A stretch of 64,000 nucleotides of DNA from an uncultured virus (IMG/VR IMGVR_UViG_3300014205_000018) (taxonomy: Duplodnaviria; Heunggongvirae; Uroviricota; Caudoviricetes): IMG/VR virus record IMGVR_UViG_3300014205_000018, one strand, 5' to 3'. The notes under the pieces are model-generated. The model saw only the letters and a program-made list of their open reading frames with translations. It made no database searches and had not been told where the DNA came from. Shown one piece after another: positions 9,506 through 19,000 of this stretch (the first letter of the stretch is position 1; each line of letters starts with the position of its first letter). The position numbers and the translations under genes are program-made.

Positions 9506-10549
9506 ATGAGTCTCAGCAAAATCGCCCAGTACAAACGCAAACGCAAGTTCTATGACGGCGGGGGTGGGGGTGACGCGGAAGGGCCGAATGGTCCGGACGG
9601 CGGATACAACGGAGGCGACAACAACTTTGGCGCGGACTACGGCGGTAACGAGGTAGGTGAGAGCGTCAGCGGGACTGCGGCAGAGCATGCTGGCACCAAT
9701 GTTGGGGTTAATGCCGGCGAAGTCGGCGAAAGCGTCAGCGGGACTGCGGCAGAGCACGCCGGTAGCGCGTATAGCGGGGACGGCGGTATCAGCAACACCG
9801 CGGGGTACGCCCAACGACAAGGTGTCGGCGGCCTGTCGGCTGATGGCTTCGGTCGTTCGGCGCTCGGGAGTTTTTCGGACAAGGCGATGCCAATGGGAGG
9901 TATCGGGGCGCTGGCAGTCGGTGTGGCCAAAGCGATGGACGCGCTCACCGGCGCCGGTTATAGCCACCCCGATTTTGGGCCCGGCGGCAAGTATGAAGGT
10001 ATGGGGGGTAGCACCATCGCTGGCGGCGACAGCCGCAACAACGGGGACGGCCCGGACCACCGGGAGGGCGGCAGCGGCGACGCACAGCCGTTTGGAACCG
10101 GCACACCGGTGCAAACAACGAACAACCCCGCCGCACCCGCAGAGTCGGGCCCGCGGCGCTACGTCTGGGACCCTGTGCTGAAGATGTACACCCTGGCCAA
10201 CCTGGGCGCCGGTTCGAATCCGATGGCCTACAGCCAGGGCCAGCAGTTCCGCATGGGCCCGAGCAACATGTATGCGGCCGGCGGCATCGCGGCGGGGCAG
10301 CCCCGGTTCGTGCAGGGTGGCGGTACCGGCCTGTCGGACTCCGTGCCCGTGCAGATGGACGACGGCGGCCAGGGTCGGTTGGGTGATGGTGAGTTCGTCA
10401 TCCCTGCTGACGTTGTGTCGGGGCTCGGCGGCGGGTCGTCCCAGGCAGGCGCCAAGATTCTGTACGACATGATGGAGAAAATCCGCATGCAGGCGCACGG
10501 CAGTCCCGAGCAAGTCAAGCCGGTCAACCCCAACACGCTTCCCGCGTAG
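9506..10549 (+). CDS. Gly-rich internal virion protein
   Basis: C-terminal GTGLSDSVP...RLGDGEFVIPADVV motif; internal duplication EVGESVSGTAAEHAG. Confidence 0.6.
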   Translation: MSLSKIAQYKRKRKFYDGGGGGDAEGPNGPDGGYNGGDNNFGADYGGNEVGESVSGTAAEHAGTNVGVNAGEVGESVSGTAAEHAGSAYSGDGGISNTAGYAQRQGVGGLSADGFGRSALGSFSDKAMPMGGIGALAVGVAKAMDALTGAGYSHPDFGPGGKYEGMGGSTIAGGDSRNNGDGPDHREGGSGDAQPFGTGTPVQTTNNPAAPAESGPRRYVWDPVLKMYTLANLGAGSNPMAYSQGQQFRMGPSNMYAAGGIAAGQPRFVQGGGTGLSDSVPVQMDDGGQGRLGDGEFVIPADVVSGLGGGSSQAGAKILYDMMEKIRMQAHGSPEQVKPVNPNTLPA

Positions 10550-10558
10550 GAGCCCAAA

Positions 10559-11509
10559 ATGGCAGAAGGTACAACCACAACCACCTCGAACGCGACGCTA
10601 CCCGGCTACGTCGAGCCGTACGTCACCGACCTGTTCGCGCGCGGGCAGGCGCTGACCGGGAGCAACCCGGCACCCTCATATAGTGGGCCGCGCGTCGCCG
10701 GCCTGACAGGTCTGCAGCAACAGGCTGGCAACTCCGTCTCCGGGCTCAATGCAGGGAACATGTTGTCGCAAGCGGGCAACTACCTGAATAAGGGGGCCAA
10801 TTACACCCCGAACACGGGCACGTTCGACAATGCTGCGGCGCAGCAGTACATGAACCCGTACCAGCAGAACGTCACGGACATCGCCAAGCGCGAGGCCATG
10901 CGGACGGACGACATTGCCAGGACCGGCCGGGACTCTCGCGCGGCGCAGGCCGGCGCGTTCGGTGGCTCACGCCACGGTGTCATCGAGGCAGAGGCGGGCC
11001 GCAACCTGGGGCAGCAGCTCGGTGACATCCAGGCCCAAGGACTCAACGCCGGATATCAGAACGCCCAGCAGCAGTTCAACGCCGATCAGGGGCGGCAGCA
11101 GCAGGACCGGCAGTTCGGTTCCCAGGCGGCGATCGCCGGCGGCAAGGCGCTGACGGACACGGGCCAGACCGGCTTCGGGCTGCAGTCGACCGCGGGGCTG
11201 CTGGACCAGGGCACACAGCAGAAGGGGCTGGACACCACATATCAGGACTGGCTCAACCAGCAGCAGCACCCTTACGATCAGCTGACGTTCATGCGCAATC
11301 TGGTGTCGGGCTTTCCCGGCAGCACGACCAACACGACGCAGCAGACTTCGCCGACGTCCAACTGGGCGTCTGATCTGGCGGGTGTGGGCTCGGCGATCGG
11401 CGGTCTGGGCAGCCTGTTCGGTCTTTTCGCACAGGGCGGGCAGGTGCCGCAGACGGTCAGTGGCCTTGGCCAGGGGCGCGTTGCCCAACTCTACGGGAGC
11501 CTGAAATGA
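10559..11509 (+). CDS. DNA injection/internal virion protein
   Basis: Gln-rich; YMNPYQQNV, AGAFGGSR motifs typical of podovirus ejection proteins. Confidence 0.65.
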   Translation: MAEGTTTTTSNATLPGYVEPYVTDLFARGQALTGSNPAPSYSGPRVAGLTGLQQQAGNSVSGLNAGNMLSQAGNYLNKGANYTPNTGTFDNAAAQQYMNPYQQNVTDIAKREAMRTDDIARTGRDSRAAQAGAFGGSRHGVIEAEAGRNLGQQLGDIQAQGLNAGYQNAQQQFNADQGRQQQDRQFGSQAAIAGGKALTDTGQTGFGLQSTAGLLDQGTQQKGLDTTYQDWLNQQQHPYDQLTFMRNLVSGFPGSTTNTTQQTSPTSNWASDLAGVGSAIGGLGSLFGLFAQGGQVPQTVSGLGQGRVAQLYGSLK

Positions 11510-13035
11510 GCTTGCAAAGCAGCATGGCGGTCATGAAGGCCAAACTCGCCGGGAACATCCCGGCGCTCCAGATGTTGGCACAGCAGGGCGACGTCGAGGC
11601 GGTGACCGCGCTCAAGGAGATGATGGACACGAAGCAGTACGCCAAAGATGTTCAGGACAACTCCCTGATGCAGGCCCCCGACACGGCGCCGGTGCTGGAT
11701 CAGATGGTCGGCAACCTGTCCTCGCCAATGAGCGGGTTGGCAGCGTACGCCGCCGGCGGCCGGGTGCGGGAGTTTGCGGGTGGTGGCTACTCTTGGGAGT
11801 CCGACCCGAGCGTGACGCCGCTGGAGAGGTGGAACCTAGCCAACATGGCCCGGCGCGGGCAGGTGGCAGATCGCGTGACACAGCGTGATGTGTACCTCGC
11901 CCAGAAGGATACTGGCGAGATCGGGTTCAGCCCGAAGGTGCAGGAGTTTTTCAGTGGCCTTGGCGACAAGGCCAAGCAGATGTTCACTCAGGCCACCAGC
12001 AACCCCAACTACAGCAACGAGGGTAAGAACTACCCTGCACCCGACGCACCAGCCAACCCACGACTCAAGCGCCAGGAGGGCGCCGGTACTGGTGTGGACG
12101 AGCCCGTACCCCCAACGACTACCCCGGCATCCGCCGGTGCGCAGACTGTATCTGGCATTGGCAGCGGCCGCAACCCCGGCGCCGTGCCGCCGGCCAAGAT
12201 CATCCCGCGCGACGAGGTGCCACCAGCAACCGTGATCCCGAACGCCAAGGACATGTCCAGCGACGGGCTGCGGGCGGTACTGGACAAGATGGAGCCGCTG
12301 CAAAAGAAACGCGACGAGCTGACGCAGATGTCGCGCAAGCAGTTGGAGGAGGCGTACAACGCGCAGGTCAAGGCCGCATCCCCCAGCAAGTTCGATCAGG
12401 TGATGCAGTTCCTCAACGCCGTGGCGGCCAGGGGCGGCAGTAGTGCCGCGCAGGCGTTGGGTGCCGGTGGTGCGCAGTTGCAAGAGTCCAAGCAGGCGCG
12501 CGCGAAGGCGCTGGCCGATGCCAAAGCGGGGTACGCCAAGGCCGATATCTTGCTACAGGAGGCTGAGGTTCGGGCCAAGATAGGTGACGTGCAGGGAGAG
12601 TACAAGCTGCGCCAGGAGGCGGAGAAGGTCCGGATGGATGCCCAGAAAGCCGAGTCGGAAGCCAACCTGCGCAGTGCGCAAGCCGACTACCAGAGGGCCG
12701 GCGCTGAGTACACCCGCGACATCAAGCCGTCGGTGGAGGCGGAGAAGGCTGCTGCGGCGACGATCCGCGCCCGGCGGCCAGTGGGTAGTGGCGGTACGGG
12801 TACAGTCATGAAGGATGCGCAGATTGCAGCGGAAGCCAGCCGCCGCGCGAACGCGGACGCCAAGGCGTGGGGGGCCGACATCAACAACATGGGGCGCCCA
12901 TTCGATCTTGAAGGGCGACGTGCGAAGTACGAAGCGCAGATGCGGGCACAACGATCGGGGCAGCTCGCCCCCGCGGCCTCGCCGGCCGGGCCATCTAAAA
13001 GCTACGACTTCGGTCAACTTATGAGCGGACAGTGA
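11506..13035 (+). CDS. Internal virion protein
   Basis: 509-aa Ala/Gln-rich helical protein in the ejection-protein locus. Confidence 0.6.
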   Translation: MSLQSSMAVMKAKLAGNIPALQMLAQQGDVEAVTALKEMMDTKQYAKDVQDNSLMQAPDTAPVLDQMVGNLSSPMSGLAAYAAGGRVREFAGGGYSWESDPSVTPLERWNLANMARRGQVADRVTQRDVYLAQKDTGEIGFSPKVQEFFSGLGDKAKQMFTQATSNPNYSNEGKNYPAPDAPANPRLKRQEGAGTGVDEPVPPTTTPASAGAQTVSGIGSGRNPGAVPPAKIIPRDEVPPATVIPNAKDMSSDGLRAVLDKMEPLQKKRDELTQMSRKQLEEAYNAQVKAASPSKFDQVMQFLNAVAARGGSSAAQALGAGGAQLQESKQARAKALADAKAGYAKADILLQEAEVRAKIGDVQGEYKLRQEAEKVRMDAQKAESEANLRSAQADYQRAGAEYTRDIKPSVEAEKAAAATIRARRPVGSGGTGTVMKDAQIAAEASRRANADAKAWGADINNMGRPFDLEGRRAKYEAQMRAQRSGQLAPAASPAGPSKSYDFGQLMSGQ

Positions 13036-13036
13036 T

Positions 13037-16000
13037 ATGCCCTATTCCATTACGCTGCCTGATGGGTCTTCCGTCGACAATATTCCGGACGAGCTAGACC
13101 CGAAGGAGGCGGCGCGGCGGATAGCAGCGGCGCACCCAGAGCTGATGGGACAGATACCCGGCGGCGGTGCCGGGCCCAAGGGCGGATTCATGCCGGCGAT
13201 GAAGGCTAGCTGGGAAGACCTCAAGGGTGGGCTGGCGGCCGTAGCTGGTAAGACCGGGTGGATGACGCCGGAAGAAGCCGAGGCGCAGCAGGCGCGCAAC
13301 AAGGCGGAAGCTGAACGCGTATTCAAGCCCACCGACAAGGGCTGGTTTGACGCTCCTGGCACCAAGATTGCCGAACTGGGCGGGCAGTCGCTACCCTGGA
13401 TGGTGGCTCCGATCGCTGTAGGCAGTGCAGCTGCGCTCGGCGGCGTGCCAGCGGCGGTTGGTATAGGCCTTGCCGGCCTGACCTCGGCAGCGCAGTTCAC
13501 CGGTTCTAACTTGCAACGCCAGCAGGGTACTGGCAAACGTCTTGCGGACACAGACTTCGGTGCCGCCGCGCTGGCATCCGTGCCCCAGGCTGTGCTGGAC
13601 ATGGTCGGGTTCAAGATGATCCCCGGCATCCGCCAGATATTCGCCGCTGCTGGCAAGGAACTCACGCCCAAAATGGCGGCTGAGATTGCCAAGAAGGGCA
13701 TGGGTAGTGTCGCGGCGGATTATGTTAAGGCCACTGGCAAGGCCATGACCGCTGAGGGTCTGACCGAGGCGGGGCAGCAGGTATTCGAGCGGCTGCAGGC
13801 CGGCTTGGAACTGAATGACCCACAGGCGCGCAAGGAGTATTTCGACAACTTCGTCGGTGGTGCGGTCCTTGGCGGCGCGCTGGCGCCAGTCGGTCGGTTC
13901 CGCGAACGCGGGCAGGAGCAGATGCAGCAGGCTCAGATCGAGCAGGCGGAGCAAGCCAAGGCCGACGCGGCTGCCCAGGCCCAGAAGGATCAGGAGAAGC
14001 AGCAGCTGGAGGCCCAGCGCCAGGACCCCGCGTACGCACAGCAGGTGGCCGAGGACTACAAGGCAACCGAGGAGCAATATCGGGCCATGAAGCCAGCCAA
14101 ACTCGGTGCCAACCCCACCGAGGCGGATCGCATTGCGCACAAGGAAGCGAACCGCGCGGCTGAGGACTTCCGCAAGGAGACCCTACTACCCAAAGCGGAG
14201 GAGTTCAACCTCGTGCGTCCTGCATTGCAGGCACAGCAGGCCGAGGCATTCAAGGCAGCGGGCGCGCAGGCCGATGCCGCCGCATACCGCCAGAATGCCA
14301 ACAAGGCCGAGGACTCAGGCGAGACCACCGGCGCTGGCGACGCGGTGCTGCAGCAGATGATCGCGGATCGCACGGCTGCATATCAGGAGCGCAATGCTGC
14401 GGTGGAGGCTGCCAAGAAGGCAGTCGCCGCCGGCGACATACAGGCTGCCAAGCAGGCCCAGGACGCGGCTGCCGCGGCAAACCAGCGTGGTAGCGCGATC
14501 GACAAGCAGATCGGCGGCCGGTCCGGCAACAACACCACGATCGCGCCGGCCGACGTCACGGGTCAGTTGACGCGGCTGCAGAAGCAGTACGGCGTCGCGC
14601 TGCAGTCCGGCAAGGTGCAGCAGGCCGACGCGCTGCTGGCTCAGATCGGGAAACTGACGGAGCAGGCCAAGGCGCAACAAGCGTTGCTGCAGCAGAGCCC
14701 GAACGTGCAGACGCAGATGGTGGAGGATCAGGAGACGCAGGGCCAGGATGGCCCGCTCACCAACACACCCACGCCGCCGGTCACACCGCAGGCCCCGTTC
14801 CGGCCGCAGGCCACACCCATGCTCGATCAGACGATTAACATGCGCGGGGAGACGGCGCCTGGGCGGCCGCGGGAGACGTACCGCAAGCCGGGCCCCGACG
14901 CGCAGCGGCAGATTACCGAGCAGAACACGGCGCCAGAGACGGATGCCACGCAGCAGCAACCGCTGTTCGAGGAACTGCCAACACCTGTGGCCCAAGGTGC
15001 GGACAAGACGACGCAGCTGCTGACCCAGATTCAGCAGTTGCAGGCACGTCCGAACATGCCGGCGAACACAAAAGCCAGCCTGGACAATCTGGCGAACGTG
15101 TTGCAGAACCCAAATCTGGCCACGTCGCCGGCGCGCGAGCGCATCGTCGCGGACATTGCCGAGCAGGTGTACCGGGTCGCCAATATTGGCGAAGGCGCCG
15201 CGCCGCAGATCAACACGCGCGAAGGTGTCCGCGGTGAGCTGACCAACAAGCAGCAGCAACTCAACGCCTTGCGCGAGAAGCTGGCCGGGCAGAAGTCCGC
15301 GCGCGCAAAGGACGCCGCGCTGCTACGCCGATCCGATCAGTACCAGCCGCAGGACACGCCCCAGGCCACGCAGCAGCAGATCGACGCGTTGCAGGCCGAG
15401 ATGCAGCAGTTGGCGCAGCAGTTGCGCCAGACGACGTCAACGCAGACCGTGCCGGTCGAGCAGCGCGCGGTCAAGCCGGTGTACATCCCGCAGGGGGAGA
15501 AGGGGCTGACCAAGAAGCAGCAAGCGAGTCCCGAGCCGACGCAGGCCGACATCGCTGGCCAGACGCCGAAGACCAGCCGCACATTCTCGCCGGGTTACAC
15601 CGGTGTGGGCGAAGTCGGGTATGTGAATCAGGAGCCGCGCACTGAGCAGACGGTCTCCCCAACGCGTACCGCAGCGTCCACCCAGACGACGGACACCACC
15701 CTGGCGCCGAGCGGCAGCAAGATGCCAACAACGTCCACATCCGCCAAGGTCGAGACACGCGCCGCGCCAAAGGCCACCGGTAGCGTGGGTTCGGACTTGA
15801 CGCTGGCTCGTGACATCGACGAGCAGGCACTGGAGCTGTCGCCAGCAGATCAGCAGACGTTCGACTTCTGGGACACGGTGTACGGTGTCGGCACGCCAGC
15901 CTACGAGAAGGTCCGGCAGGCCGAGGCGCTGGTGACGCGCATCGACGCGGAGCTGGACGCGGCGGAGAAGCTGCGCACAGAGAAGAACCGCACGCACAAC

Positions 16001-19000
16001 GAGGTGATCAAGAAAGAGAAGGATCGTCAGGGCGCGCTGCGGGGTGAGCCCGGCGTCGACCTGCAGCCCCTGGACGACTCGTCCATCATCGACGACGCGA
16101 CCAAAGAAGCACGAGCGAAAGCTGATGCCGCGTACGAAGCGGCGCGCGCCGATGAACAGGCTGCCCAGGACGCCTATAACAAGTCCATGGCAGACCTGCT
16201 GAAACGAGCCGGGCAGGCGCAGGAAGACAGCATCGTCAGCTACCTGACCAAACCACGCGACGCTGTTGAGCAGCAGGTGAACGAGGCTGCCGGCGCGCTC
16301 ATTGACGTGTTGGGGCGTAAGCGCAATCTGACGTCCGATGTCGAGACCGCGCGCGACAGTGTTGCCAGCCTGCTCGGCACCGAGTCGTTGTCCCCGGCGG
16401 ACGTCAAGGTCTACCTGAAGAACAAGCCTGCGTTTGAGCAGGCGGTCGGGCCCGAGATGGCTGACACGTTTGAAACTGTTGTGCGCCTCAAGGCAGCGCT
16501 CGATACAGACCAACGGCTGTCCGACGTCAAGGCCGAGTACGAGCAGGAGCAGGCGAAACTGGACAAGGCCAAGGACCGCGTTGCGGAAGCCGGCGCAGCG
16601 CGCCCACCACGTCGCACACTGCTCCAGGCGACCAAACAGGCCCTGGACGCATCGACAACAACCGTGGCTGAGATCACCAAGCGGGCGGAGGCTGCGCGCA
16701 AGCAGCTCGAGTCGGCACGAGCGCTCCGTCGGGAGGTGATTGCGGCGGCCGATGACATGCGCACTGGTAAGGTGTCCAAGCTGCAGGAGCAGCAGGAGGT
16801 GCTACGCGCGGACATTGTCAACTTGTCAGATCAGCTCGACGCCATCGCGCAGTCCGTGGATAGCGTGAACTCTGCAGTTGCGGCAGACGTTGACCTGTTG
16901 CTGAAGTATCCCGGCGCCATGCGCGCACTGGAGGACCGGTTTGACTTCTCCAGTGCCGTCCTCAGTGGCCTGGAGACAGAAGGCGTATCGAGCCCGAAGC
17001 TGGAGACACAGCTCGCAGGCATGTCCCTGGCCACGCAGCGCGCCGAACAGGTCAAGCACGACCGCCGCATGCAGACGCTGACCCGTGAGCAGTCCGCATG
17101 GCAACGTGTTCTGGACTCCGACACCGCGTCGGATGTGGCAAAGGGCAAGGCCAAGCGCGCGCTGCGCGAGGTCAACAGTGAGATCGCAGCGCTTGAGACC
17201 GACTACAAACAGCGGACCCTGGACGCTGACGAGGCAACCCTGACCAACAGCGCCGGCATGCGCAATGCGCGCGCCGCAGACGCCGCCATCCGCCAGCAGC
17301 GTGACCGCCTGAACACGGCGTACGAGAGTCTCGTCTCTCAGGTGCGCGCGGCGCAGAGCATGCTCGTGCCGCCCAACAAAGAGAACGAGCGTACGGCCGA
17401 CACGGCTGGTATCCCCGCGGCCAAGCGACCTGCGACGGTGCCCGATAACACTGACGCCAAACGCAAGCGCGGGTTGCTGATGCTGCTCAGTACGATCGAC
17501 GCACAAGAGCAGGAGAAGCTGGACGCGGCGATCGACAAGGCCGGGGAGAATGTAGCTGCGGAGCGACGTGCGTTTGATCGTACCGAGGGTGCTGCACTGC
17601 CAGAGTCCTACTTCCAGGCCGCGGATGCGTACGATCGCGCCGTCGCTGCCAAGCGATCCTACATGGAGGACCGGCGCAAACTGGAGGTCCGCCAGCTGGA
17701 GTTGGCCAAGGACATCATGGCGCTCCCAAAAGAGGAGTACCAAGCACTGGTGCAGTCCGAGCAGGACGGGACGCCTTTGGATCAACCATCGGCCGGACTG
17801 ACCGCTGTGGCCAAACAGCTGGAGCAGCGTCCGATGCTGCGTCCGGAGCCAACGCGTGCCGAGACTGCAGAAGAAGTTGCGCTGCAGGCATTCAAGGATC
17901 GGCTCAGCACCGTGACCAACGCCGGCGGCCTGCGCAAGGAGCGCGGCGCGCTGGAGAGCGCACGTGATGACCTGATCGAGCGAGCGGAGGCAGGTGAACA
18001 CGGCGGGGATGTCGTACCTCTGCCAACCCGGATGCTGAGCAGTAAGATGGTACCGCGTCAGGAGGCACGGCGCACGCTGTTGCTGGCCAAGGCACGCCCG
18101 ATATCCGCCAAGATCAAGGCAATCAACGATCGGCTTGAGCAGCTTCGGGAGGGTGGTACCACTACCCAGCCGACCGAGCGCGAGTTGCAGGGCAACGTGT
18201 TCGAAGTGTTCGCTGCCGAACAAGGTAGGACCCGCAATCAGCGCCAGGGTGCAGTGGTGCGCAAGGCCGTTGTCGCCGGGGATCAGCGCACAGGGTCGCC
18301 CGAGAGCCGCGCCGGCACCAACAAGACGGGCACCCGGAACAAGGTGCAGGAGACCTCTGCACCACGGTCGCCAACTGCCAAGCAAGCGATGCGCGAAGGC
18401 AATGCCATCGCCAAGAAGCTGCGCGCCGAGTCGGCCCTGGACGACATCTACGCGGATGAGACCTACGACTCCAACACCGGTCCCGTCTACCGCACCGCCA
18501 CGACCGCCGGCGCTGGCATGAAGTCGGCCGAGGTCACGCGGCTGGCCAACCGGGTCATGGAGGGGTGGACGAACACACCACCGGTGGACGTTGTGGAGAC
18601 GGAGGCAGACCTGCCGCAGCGGCTGCAGGATCAGGCGGCCAAGGACAAGATGACCGGCAAGATTCCCGGCCTGTTCGATCCGGACACCGGCAAGGTGTAC
18701 CTCGTTGCCGAGAACCTGCACACCGGCCAGGATGTGGCCATGACCATCGCCCACGAGGTGGCGGGGCACTACGGTCTGCGCAGCATGATGGGCGACCAGT
18801 ACGCGCCAACCATGAACAGGTTGTACAACGGCAACTCGGACATCAAGGCCAAGGCCGACGCCAAGATGCAGGTCAGCCCGGACCTGTCCCGCGAGGTGGC
18901 AGTCGAGGAGGCGCTGGCCGAGATGGCCGAGCAGGGCAACGTCGGCGCGCTCAAGCAGATATACCACGCCATCAAGGCATGGATCGCCCAGAAGCTGGGG

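Noticed and set aside
9650..9765. Internal duplication encoding EVGESVSGTAAEHAG
   Set aside because: Ordinary short intragenic duplication in a low-complexity region
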